The notes beneath the pieces were generated by a model. It saw only the letters and a list, made by a program, of their open reading frames with translations. It made no database searches and was not told the origin of the DNA. The translations under genes were made by a program, and so were the position numbers. 64,000 bases of DNA, taken from contig CM059438.1 of assembly GCA_030390025.1 (NCBI GenBank), positions 57,972,001 to 58,036,000 on the forward strand. The letters run 5' to 3'. Source of the stretch: Squalus acanthias. Lineage: Eukaryota. Of the stretch, positions 48,168 to 59,685 are shown one piece after another; position 1 is the first letter of the stretch; each line of letters opens with the position of its first letter.

Positions 48168-51099
48168 TATGGCAGGGGGCTAGAAACCTATGTAGTGAAA
48201 TAGAGGAAAGTGAAAGGCAGACAGAAATAAATGGTAAAAGGGTGAGGAACAAAAAACAAAGGGCCAAACTAATTCATAAAAAATGTGAGCATAAAAAAAG
48301 CCTGAGGGTTTTATACCTTAATGCGAGAAGCATCAGGAACAAGATAGATGAATTAGCTGTGGAAATAGAGGTTAATAATTATGATCTAATTGGGATTACG
48401 GAAACATGGTTGCAGGGTGAGCAGGGCTGGGAGCTTAACATACAGGGGTATTCAGTATTTAGGAAGGATCGACAAAAAAGAAAGGGAGGAGGGGTAGCAT
48501 TGCTGGTAAAAGAGGGGATAAATGCAATTGAAAGGAAGGATATTAACTCAGTTAATACAGAATCTATATGGGTGGAGCTAAGAAATAGCGAGGGGCGAAA
48601 AACATTAATAGGAGTGGTATATAGGCCTCCAAATAGTAAAATAGAGGTTGGGGAGGGCATCACGAGGGAAATTAGAGAAGCGTGCAATAAGAGCACAGCT
48701 GTCATCATAGGTGACTTTAACTTACATATAGATTGGAATAGCCTAATCAGTAAAAATAATGAGGAGGAGGAATTCCTTGAGTGTTTAAGGGATGGTTATC
48801 TGGATCAATATGTCAAGGAACCAACTCGGGAACAGGCTATATTGGACTGGGTACTGTGCAATGAGAAGGGACTAATTAGTAATCTTGTTGTACGGGGACC
48901 CTTGGGTCAGAGCGATCATAACATGATCGATTTCTCACTCGAAATGGAGAGCGAAGAAATTGACTCAGAGACTAAGGTCCTGAATTTAAACAAGGGGAAT
49001 TATGATGCCATTAGACGGGAACTGAGTAGGTCTGATTGGACAACGTTCCTGGGAGGACTGGAGGTAGATAAACAATGGCAAGCATTTAAAGATAGAATGA
49101 CAAAATTGCAAAAATTGTTTATACCAATCTGGCATAAAAGGAAATCTAAAAAGGTGACTCAACCGTGGATAACAGGGGAAATTAGAGACAGCATAAAATC
49201 CAAAGATAGGGCGTATAAAATAGCCAAAAAAAGCGCCAGAGCGGAAGATTGGGAACAGTTTAAGATAGAGCAAAGGAGGACAAAGGGCTTAATCAAGAGG
49301 GGCAAAATAGCTTACGAAAGCAAGCTGGCGGAAAATATAAAAACTAACTCCAAAAGCTTTTATAAGTATATCAAGAGGAAAAGACTGGTGAAAACCAAAG
49401 TTGGTCCATTGCAGTCAGATACGGGGGAATATATAACGGGAAATAAGGAAATGGCAGACCAACTAAATGCATACTTTGGGTCAGTCTTTACGAAGGAAGA
49501 CACAAAAAACCTCCCTGGGATATCGGGAAAAATAGGGACATTGGCAAAGGAGGAACTGACGCAAATCAATATCTCTAAGGATATGGTGTTAAGGAAGCTA
49601 AAGGGATTGAAGGCGGACAAATCCCCAGGGCCTGATAACATGCATCCTAGGGTACTGAAGGAGGTGGCCCTAGAGATAGCGGATGCACTAAGTATGATTT
49701 TTCAGAATTCATTAGACTCGGGAACAGTGCCCATGGATTGGAGGGTAGCTAACGTTACCCCACTATTCAAAAAGGGGGGTAGGGAAAAAGCAGGTAATTA
49801 CAGACCTGTAAGCCTTACATCAGTTGTGGGCAAAATGCTGGAGTCCATCATTAAGGATGAAATAGCGGAGCACTTAGCAAATGGGGACAGGATAGGACAG
49901 AGTCAACATGGATTTACAAAGGGTAAATCGTGCTTGACTAATCTATTGGAATTTTTTGAGGGAGTAACTGGTAAAATAGATGGGGGAGAGCCAGTAGATG
50001 TGGTGTACCTGGACTTCCAAAAGGCCTTCGATAAGGTCCCACATAAAAGATTAGCATGGAAAATTGAAGCTCATGGGATAAAGGGGAAAGTATTGACGTA
50101 GATAGAGAACTGGCTGTCAGATAGAAAACAGAGAGTTGGAATAAACGGCTCATTTTCTGAATGGCAGGTGGGGTACCACAGGGATCTGTCCTGGGTCCCC
50201 AGCTGTTCACAATTTACATTAATGACCTGGATCAGGGAGTCGGATGCAGCATTTCCAAATTTGCAGACGACACTAAACTAGGAGGGGGGGTGGGCTCAGA
50301 GGAGGAGACCAGGAAGCTCCAGAGCGATTTGGACAGACTGGGTGATTGGGCGGATAAATGGCAGATGCACTATAATGTGGACAAGTGCGAAGTTATCCAC
50401 CTTGGGTGCAGGAATGGGAGGGCAAATTATTATTTAAATGGCAATAAATTGGGAGAGGGGGAAGTACAGAGAGACCTGGGTGTTCTTGTACACCAGTCAC
50501 TGAAGGCGAGCATGCAGGTGCAACAGGCGGTCAAGAAGGCAAACGGTATGCTGGCCTTCATAGCAAAAGGGTTGGAATACAGGAACAGGGATACCTTGCT
50601 GCAGCTGTACAGGGCACTGGTGAGACCACACCTCGAGTACTGTGTACAGTTTTGGTCGCCTCATCTGAGGAAAAATGTTCTTGCCATGGAGGGGGTGCAG
50701 CGGCGATTCACCAGGCTGATACCAGGAATGGCGGGATTGACCTATGAGGAGAGACTATGTAGTTTAGGGATGTACACACTGGAGTTTAGAAGATTGAGAG
50801 GGGACCTCATAGAAGTGTATAAAATTCTGACAGGTCTAGACAGACTAGATGCAGAAGGAATGTTTCCCTTGGCGGGTGAGAACAGAACTAGAGGACATAA
50901 TTTAAGGATAAGGGCTAAACCATTTAGGACAGAAATGAGGGGGAATTTCTTCACTCAGAGGGTGGTGAACCTGTGGAACTCATTGCCACAGAGGGCAGTG
51001 TACGCCAGCTCATTAAATATATTTAAGAGGGAATTAGATATATTTCTACAGGCAAAAGGGGTTAAGGGTTACGGAGAGAAGGCGGGGACGGGATACTGA
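48158..51099 (+). pseudogene. CR1 ORF2p with nonsense codon (50099-50101) and small deletion (about 50167)
   Basis: APE and RT motifs, FADD. Confidence 0.92.
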
Positions 51100-52037
51100 A
51101 TTGGAGGATCAGCCATGATCTCATTAAATGGCGGAGCAGGCTCGAAGGGCCGGATGGCCTACTCCTGCTCCTATCTTCTATGTATCTATGTATCTATGTA
51201 ACTGCACCCATGTCTGGGAACAACTGGTCTGAGCAGACGCCTTGAAGTTACCTGCCACAGCACTCCCTGGAGACTTCAGCAACTTCAAATAAGGTAACAA
51301 ACCACCAAACACTTCTACAAACTCAACAAGAGCCAGTAGAAATCAACTCGCACCTAACCTGAAAGTAGTTGATGATCTCTTTAAATAGCTCTGGCAGGAG
51401 GTGGGGGGGGGTCCTTCCTGCTGCTGAATGCATGTGCATGTTTAAAAGGGGAGCAGTGGTGGCTTCACCACACAGCCAATTCTGCTGGGAACAGCAGCCA
51501 AGGTCGGAAGAGGCCCAGCAAGGTAGTCTTCGAAAATGTTTTTAGTTTCCTTGCGGTTCAGTAATGCAGTACAGAATACATACTGCACTGCTGTACTTTG
51601 CTGTATTGATGACCCATTAAATCTTATATGATCTTTGATTATATTGTTCTTTCTTGAAATGTGTAAGCACAAATATGCAGTTAAAGGTCTTAAATAAGAA
51701 TACTCTGTTTCATGCCATAAGCTAGCTAGGCATTAGTAACGAGGCACAGATCTGTCGAAGGCAATGAGGCAAAATTTACAAAATTAATTATAAGCAACAA
51801 AATATAGTATTGTTATTCTCATGCAGGTACTATTATATAGTTACACATCACTGCACATATTGAACAAAAGAAGTTACCAACTGCAATTATTCCTTTTGTA
51901 CAGCATGTTTGGTTTAAGTACAGTAATACTTATATGCATCATTTTTATTACTAGTAGTGCAAAATAATAAAGTAATATAGGTATTTTTAACATATCCCCT
52001 ACTCATAGGCACAACTTAACTGCATGTTCTCACAACA

Positions 52038-53530
52038 TTTTTTTTATTCGTTCACGGGATGTGGGCATCACTGGCAAGGCCAACATTTATTGCCCATCCC
52101 TAATTACCCTTGTGATGGTGAGCCGCCTTCTTGAACCGCTGCAGTCCGTGTGGTGAAGGTACTGCCACAGTGCTGTTAGGGAGGGAGTGCCAAGATTTTG
52201 ACTCCGCGACGATGAATATATTTGATATATTTCCAAGTCAGGACGGTGTGTGACTTGGAGGGGTACTTGGAGGTGATGGTGTTCCCATGCACCTGCTACC
52301 TTTGTCCTTTTAGGTGGTAAGGTGCTGTCAAAGAAGCCTTGGTGTGTTGCTGCAGTGCATCTTGTAGATGGTACACACTGCAGCCACGGTACGCCAGTGG
52401 TGGAGGGAGTGAATGTTTAAGGTGGTGGATGGGGTGCCAATCAAGCAAGCTGCTTTTTCCTGGGTGGTGTCGAGCTTCTTGAGTGTTGTTGAAGTTGTAC
52501 TCATCCAGGCAAGTGGAGAGTATTCCATCACTTGTGCCTTATAGATGGTGGAAAGGCTTTGGGGAGTCAGGAGGTGAGACACTCACCGCAGAATACCCAG
52601 CCTCTGACGAAGGGTCATCGACCTGAAACGTTAACTCTGTTTCTTTCTCCACAGATGCTGCCTGACCTGCTGAGTATTTCCAGCATTTTCTGTTTTTAAC
52701 CCAGCCTCTGATCTGCTCTTGTAGCCACAGTATGTATGTGGCAGGTCCAGTTAAATTTCTGGTCAATGGTGACCCGCAGGATGTTGATGGTGGAGAATTC
52801 AGTGATGGTAATGCCATTGAATGTCAAGGGGCGATGGTTAGACTCTCTCATATTGGAGATAGTCTTTGCCTGGCACTTGTGTGGTATGAATGCTACTTAT
52901 CAGCCCAAACCTGAATGTCATCCAGGTCTTGCTGCATGTGGGTACGGACTGCTTCATTATCTGAGGAGTTGCGAATGTAACTGAACACTGTGCAATCATC
53001 AGCGAACATCCCCACTTCTGACCCTATGATGGAGGGAAGGTCATTGACGAAGCAGCTAAAGATGGTTTGGCCTAGGACACTGCCCTGAGGAACTTCTGCA
53101 GCGATATCCTTGTGCTGTGATGATTGGCCTCCAACAACCACAACCATCTTCCTTTGTGCTAGGTATAAATCCAGCCAGTGGAGAGTTTTCCCCGATTCCC
53201 ATTGACTTCAATTTTGCTCGGGCTCTTCGACGCCACACTCCGTAAAATACTGCCTTGATGTCAAGGGCAGTCACTCTCACCTCATCTCTGGAATTCAGCT
53301 CTTTTGTCCATGTTTGGACCAAGGTTGTAATGAGGTCTGGAGCCGAGTGGTCCTGGCGGAACCCAAACTGAGCATCGGTGAGCAGGTTATTGGTGACTAA
53401 GTGCCACTTGATAACACCTTCCATCACTTTGCTGATTATTGAAAGTAGACTGATGGGGCGGTAATTGGCCGGATTGGATTTATCCTGCTTTTTGTGGACT
53501 GGACATATCTGGGCAAATTTCCACATTGCA
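52038..53530 (-). mobile_element. 5'-truncated LINE of a second CR1/L2-group family
   Basis: NYRPISLLSIISKVME, QFGFR, PQGSVLG, FADD; distinct 3' tail. Confidence 0.85.
52604..52698 (+). mobile_element. Short Penelope terminal fragment starting at the hammerhead core
   Basis: CTGACGAagggtcatcgacctGAAACGTT; acccagcctctga at 52595 and 52699. Confidence 0.85.
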
Positions 53531-54201
53531 AACCTTACTCTCTCAATAAACCCCACATGCTACATAATTGTTTGTTTTATGCACATGTCATCACCCCATT
53601 GTATTCCGGCTACTGACACCTGGGTTTGACTGCATTTCATGACAAGTTGGCATCATCACTTTTGAAGAAGACTATCGCTGATACCGGAGAGAGATTGGCC
53701 ATATATGGTAGACTCTGAAAACTCTGGCCTCTCACTCCATATGGGGAGGAAGCTTTTGAACTCGGGGTGGGGGTGAGGGAATAGCCAACAGAATGAGGCA
53801 GAGACGGGGAATTCAAAGGACAAGTGCCAGCTGTAGGTCTGTCATTACTTTCTGCTTGGCTTCCTTGTTATTCTTTTGTATCCCACAGTGTCAGCAAACT
53901 AGATCATGAAACTCTCATGCCAGTCTTTCTACTGAAAGTTACATGTGAACTCTGCTCCTCAACAATCCATTCTGACCCTTCTTTTCGTTCTCTAATGTGC
54001 CAGACCAAGAAGAGGTAGAAAAGGAACAGATCTACCAGGCCCTCTTCTTCCAGCGCTGTCCGCATTTCATTGTACATGCCATTATTCTCTCCCTAAGCAC
54101 TAGCTCAGACATCCAAGGGGCATTAAACTGAGCTGGTCAAAGGATGACACACACAGCAGGAGTAGGCAGTAGGAGCTGGGGCCTGAACATAAGGAGGAAG
54201 G

Positions 54202-54381
54202 AGGGTAATTTTGACTGTGTGATAGTGTAAAACGGGTGATAGTAAATCAGCAGCCCATTTTACATCTCTCCCAATTTTTATTTCAATTGAAGTCATGGAA
54301 ATAAAAATCGGGAGAGATGTAAAACGGGCTGCCGATTCACTATCACCCATTTGAGACTATCGTACAGTCAAAATTATCCCC
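54202..54381. mobile_element. Foldback MITE related to 15224-15405
   Basis: gggtaattttgactg / cagtcaaaattatcc; palindromic along its length. Confidence 0.8.
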
Positions 54382-54934
54382 AAGTAGTGAAATAATAGTC
54401 TGTATGAAAGGTGCTTGTACAAAATGAACACAACACAATAATGCTGTGCACAACTTCATCAAGAAGAAATATTGGGATGGTTTTTCATAAAGTCTGTGAA
54501 ACCTTTTAACAAGACGATCCCCCTTTAAATTTTAAAAAATACTGATCCAAATGGATATGACACATTCCTGGGCCAAATAAAACACTACACATTTCCATAC
54601 ATATTATGAACCTGAAACTATTGAGTGTTCAAATGAATCTCCCATCAATAGTGAGCAACAGGCTTCAGAAATTGCTGCATGAACTGTAAACAATCAAAGC
54701 AATAGTCCTAGATTTAGTAAATACTGTAGATATGTGGGGTTCTCCGGGATACCAGATCTGGCACAGTAATATCATGGCATTAATAAATAAATAATTTCCA
54801 ATTGCCATTTTAAACTTCAAGCCATAAACCTTCCTTGGATGGCAGGGTATATGTGACCTAAAGAGGAAAAGCTTGCATACTTAAAACAAGAGCCACATCA
54901 TCAAATTGAATGTCTGGTAGAAACTGCCACTCAT

Positions 54935-55185
54935 GGCTCAGGAGTGAAGTTAGGAAACAGTTCTACACACAAAGGGTGGTAGAAGTTTGGAACTCTCTTC
55001 CGCAAACGGCAATTGGTGCTAGGTCAATTGTTAATTTTAAATCTGAGATTGATAGATTTTTGTTAACAAAGGTATTAAGGGATATGGGGCAAAGGCAAAG
55101 GAGTTAGGTCACAGATCAGCCATGATCTCATTGAATGGTGGAACAGGCTCGAGGGGATAAATGGCCTACTCCTGTTCCTATGTCT
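54935..55185 (+). mobile_element. CR1 3' end
   Basis: FYTQRVVEVWNSLP and 3' stem-loop. Confidence 0.85.
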
Positions 55186-55419
55186 CCCTCATTTATGATA
55201 ACATAAGAAAATTTGTAAGAAGAAGCCTTTTGGCCCAGCAAACCTACTTTGCCCAGAGTCCAAAATATATTTATTCTACCATGGACTCCCACCCAACTTT
55301 CTTCCCCACCAACTGCTGATTTCTACTTTTAGCAACATTCCTTCCCCTACCACTCCTCCAAAATAAATAAAACAATGCTATTTCTATAACCATCATCCCC
55401 CTTCTCAACCAATATTGAT

Positions 55420-55890
55420 CCATTCAATTGACCATGAACAACCTCCTTGGGGTGTTTTTCCTCACAGAATAGTGGGCATGTAGAACAATTTTTTTTCTAA
55501 TCTAAAATGGTCAAACCTTGTAAATTTTGTCCTCTAGTCCTGTGCTCATTGTCCAAGTTAAATAGGTTGCTTATTTCAAAATTACCTATATCTTTCCTTA
55601 TTGTAAAGACCTGCATCATATTCTCTGAGTCTTTTCTCCAGTTTAGTCATTTGAGCCTTTCTTCATAAATTAGTCCTCTAAGGCCAGGAATCATCCTGGT
55701 CACTTTTCTCTGAATCCTTTCTAATGCATCCATGTCCTTTTGGAGGTAGGGTAACCAAAACTGCATATTCCAGAACTGACAACACCATTATTCTATACAA
55801 TGTCAGTATATGTGTTCTGACTTGTAATTCATTGTCCTGCAGGAGCAACACAATACCCAGCTTCCCTTATTAATAACTGCTTTGCACTGC
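55420..55890 (-). mobile_element. Very old CR1 fragment
   Basis: Degenerate QFWLPYLQKD..LERIQRK..RMIPG. Confidence 0.6.
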
Positions 55891-56687
55891 CTAGATGCAT
55901 TCAAGGGATGCATTCTTGTCCCGACCTACATTTTCCTGCCCTCACCCTGGTAGGGAAGTCTGCCAGCCACCCCTTCATGTAAATGAAGGGGAGGGGGGGC
56001 AGGGGAAGGTGAGCCTGACAAACCGGCCAATTTCCTTGGTTTCTGCTGCAGGCAGAACTGACCCCAGAGGCCAGCAGGAGAAGGGGTTGTGGTATTCCCT
56101 GGAGCAGCAATGAAAGGCCCCTGATGCCCTTTTTGGAGGGAGAGGGTCCAGTAGTGGGCACCTGTCACTCTGCTGAGTCCCCAACCAATCATTATGAGGA
56201 TCTTGTCCCAGTCCCAGCAGGTCTGGCTCCCTCCTGGTGATGGAGATCGTGCTGGGAGCCCACTCCATATAGTAAATAACTGCCAACCCAGGAAACGGGA
56301 ACAAGTGCATGGCGAGGTCGTGGTGGCAGACGGAAGTGCCGCTATGACCCCCTTCCAGCAGTAGGAAAGAAATACAGCTCATAATTTGAAAAAATACTGA
56401 AACTTCACAATTACCAACAATGATAAATCAGTGAAGATAAACTTTTTCATGGTGTGCTGACAGCAGAATAAACTTCTATTGTCCACTGAAGAAAAAGAAC
56501 TGAGGTAAATCCAGAAGGTGGCCCAATCAGCACAATGGGAAATGAACACAAGCATTAATAATGCGCTATATATGGAGGATGAACAATGAAGAATATCCGA
56601 GAAGTCATTGCAATAAGAAAGATCACAAGATAACTACAAATGAGAGGAGCCGATCTTAGTTCATATCCAGCTAGATTGACTCTAAAG

Positions 56688-58125
56688 CAGGGGTGGGCAA
56701 TTATTTGGGCTGAAGTGCCATTTAACAAGTGTTGGTGAGCTGCTGAGAGCCACACACCAATGTTCCCCCTAAGGTGCGTGGCCCCACGCTGGCTGCTCAC
56801 CAGCTACTGCCGCTGGAAGATAGATATATCACGCAGCAACTTTAAAGTGACCGCGCACATTGCTGAGAGCAAAGTCTTAAATTGGCACATTGCTGAGAGC
56901 AAAGTCTGAAACAGGCCAACTCAGTGTTGATCATCACTCCCACTTCTACCCTCCCAATAATTTATAAACATAAATTCAGTCAGTAGTCCGATACTACCTT
57001 AAATACACAAAATGTAGTGTAAAATAGTTAAATCTTCCATTACTAAATGAATGAAATGATTGATTGATTGATTATATGTTGTACTAAATGTCTACGTGGC
57101 TGTTTGGCAGAGCAGCTCAAGTCTACGGGGCCTCTGACGTGAGAGGCGTTCTCTTTTTAGTGTGCTGGGTACGGGAGCCAGAGGCTTTGCAAGGCCTGAT
57201 CTACAATCATGTGCCAATACCTGGAGTCATTGTGCTCCGGGATCCACTCCTGTGTCTAAAACAGCGGTGACAACCTCCCTGCTATCGTACTCTGGGTACC
57301 GAAGAGGAAAGACACAGCGAACAACATACGAACATACGAATTAGGAGCAGGAGTAGGCCACTCAGCCCTTCGAGCCTGCTCCGCCATTCAATAAGATCAT
57401 GGCTGATCCGATTACTCCACATTCCCGCCTACCCCCGATAACTTTTCATCCCCTTGCTTATCAAGAATCTATCTACCTCTGCCTTAAAAATATTCAAAGA
57501 CTCTGCTTCCACCGCCCTCTGAGGAAGAGAGTTCAAAAGACTCACGACCTTCTGTGAGAAAAAATTTCTCCTCCTCTCTGTCTTAAATGGGCAACCCCTT
57601 ATTTTTAAACAGTGACCCCTAGTTCTAGATTCTCCCACAAGAGGAAACATCCTCTCCACATCCACCCTGTCCAGACCCCTCAGGATCTTATGTTTCAATC
57701 AAGTCACCTCTTATTCTTCTAAACTCCAGCGGATACAAGCCTAGCCTGTCCAACCTTTCCTCATAAGACAACCCGCCCATTCCAGGTATTAGTCTAGTAA
57801 ACCTTCTCTGAACTGCGTCCAATGCATTTATATCCTTCCTTAAATAAGGAGACCAATACTGTACACAGTACTCCAGATGTGGTCTCACCAATGCCCTGTA
57901 TAACTGAAGCATAACCTCCCTACTTTTGTATTCAATTCCCCTCGCAATAAACGCTAACAGCGCGGCCACTATCTTCAGTGAAAGAGTAATCGAGATGAGC
58001 AGCCATGACTCGACTCAGACTAATGTACTCGAGCTTCGGCTTACATTCTATTTCTGTCCCATCCAGCGAACCAGATAGAATGAACTGGTGGACTGGATAC
58101 GGCCCATGGGTCAGATTTTGCCCGC
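56688..58125. mobile_element. hAT/Charlie-like non-autonomous element with nested CR1
   Basis: caggggtgggcaa left end; ggatacggccc..attttgccc right subterminus. Confidence 0.45.
57324..57957 (-). mobile_element. CR1 3' fragment
   Basis: RPHLEYCVQYWSPYL, tail; acagcg near both junctions. Confidence 0.92.
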
Positions 58126-58449
58126 CATTGGGCTAACTGCTCCCCCGCTCTTTACTGAGGAAACTTCCAGAAATGGCAGGGACCCGATGTAAGTGGGTCT
58201 GCATCAGAGTTAGGCCAGGAGACTGGCGGTATCCCCGCGGAATTCAGACAACACCTTTCACCCACTTGCACCAATAAATAAAAATAGCATTTTATAATTC
58301 ACTGGAATGAAATCAAGTCCAAGTAATTTTGAATTAATAGCTAAAATTCCTATAGAGACGAGTTGAGACTAAAAGCTCGCTGCAAGTTTTAAAAAACTTC
58401 TAAGTAAACAATCTTCCAATCGCTTCGATTGTGTCAATTCCGAGCTTTT

Positions 58450-59115
58450 TGAGGAAGGCAAATGGTATGTTGGCCTTCATTGCAAGAGGATTTGAATACA
58501 GGAGCAAGGATGTCTTACTACAGTTATACAGGGTCTTGGTGAGACCACACCTGGAGTACTGTGTGCAGGTTTGGTCTTCTTACCCAAGAAAGGATATACT
58601 TACCATAGAAGGAGTGCAGCGAAGATTCACCAGACTGATTCCTGGGATGGCAGGACTGTCGTATGAGGAGAGATTGGGTTGACTAGGCCTGTATTCACTA
58701 GAGTTTAGAAGAATGAGAGGGGATCTCATTGAAACGTATAAAATTCTGACAGGGCTAGACAGACTGGATGCAGGGAGGATGTTTCCCCTGGTTGGGGTGT
58801 CAAGAACGAGGGGGTCACAGTCTCAGGATACGGGGTAGGACATTTAGGACTGAGATGAGAAATTTCTTTACTCAGAGGGTGGTGAACCTGTGGAATTCTC
58901 TACCACAGAAGGCTGTGGAGGACAAGTCACTGAATATATTTAAGGAGATAGATAGATTTCTGGACACAAAAGGCATCAAGGGGTATGGAAGAGAGAGGGA
59001 CTATGGTTTTGAGATAAAGGATCAGCCATGATCATATTGAATGGCGGAGCAGGCTCGAAGGGCCGAATGGCCTACTCCTGCTCCTATTTTTCTATGTTTT
59101 TCTATGTTTCTATGC
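58450..59115 (+). mobile_element. CR1 3' fragment
   Basis: KANGMLAFIARG..; (tttctatg)n tail. Confidence 0.92.
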
Positions 59116-59224
59116 TGCCAATGGCATTATTTTATATATTTAAAGTATTTATGTTGTCATGCATTTATCTGGAAAGTGTGCACAGATTTATAGAAACTGA
59201 ACCAACAATCCATGAGTAACTCAC

Positions 59225-59480
59225 CTTTCACGTTGCAGTAACAGAGCAGAAACTTAGGTTTCAGGAGTGATAACGACACATTGATGCAGCGAACGGCAGA
59301 TTCGATTTGCCCGCCTGTTTTTGGTTGTGACTTCCCTGCTGCCTCGGAGATAATGACCCACCTCCTGACGTTACGTGGAGCGGGGTCAGGCGCAACGGAC
59401 ATTCGGCCTCGAAGCCAGGCATTGGCCTGCTGGATTGGATCCATTGGTGGGCGGGATACGGCCCGCAGACCATATTTTGC
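59225..59480 (-). promoter_or_regulatory. Promoter-like segment plus 5' splice donor, probably a hAT subterminal promoter
   Basis: Three CCAAT boxes (59421-59447), GC box, TGACGT, CpG-rich, AAG|gtgagt at 59225/59224. Confidence 0.45.
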
Positions 59481-59685
59481 AGATTTACTTTTTCTATACT
59501 CTTTACAATCTTATAAGATCACCTCTCAGATGCCTCCATTCAAGGCTGAAGAGCCCAAGTTTCTCCACTCATTCCACTTAACTCAGACCTCTAATAGAGA
59601 TCAACTTGTGACTGTTCTCTGCATTGTCTTCAATACTTGAATGCCTTCTTTGTGTCTCAGTGACCAGAACTGAAAATAGTACTTA

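Larger units (their letters stand above)
46621..51199 (+). mobile_element. Full-length CR1 LINE of a related subfamily, inactivated
   Basis: 5' monomers, ORF1, ORF2, (tatctatg)n tail; aac on both flanks. Confidence 0.95.
41314..51211 (-). pseudogene. Harbinger (HARBI1-like) transposase in four pieces: 51211-51201, 46620-46365, 42460-42078, 41780-41314
   Basis: MGAVV.., LRFTEYVLTEICHLL, QGVVDCTHV, NRNGFHSFNVQLVCD, CCMLHNL, DRLILLRY. Confidence 0.85.
37850..51460. mobile_element. Two-gene Harbinger (Myb/SANT gene +, DDE transposase -) expanded by nested insertions; right TIR not found
   Basis: Left TIR ggcctagaaatt; convergent genes can be rejoined across the insertions. Confidence 0.85.
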
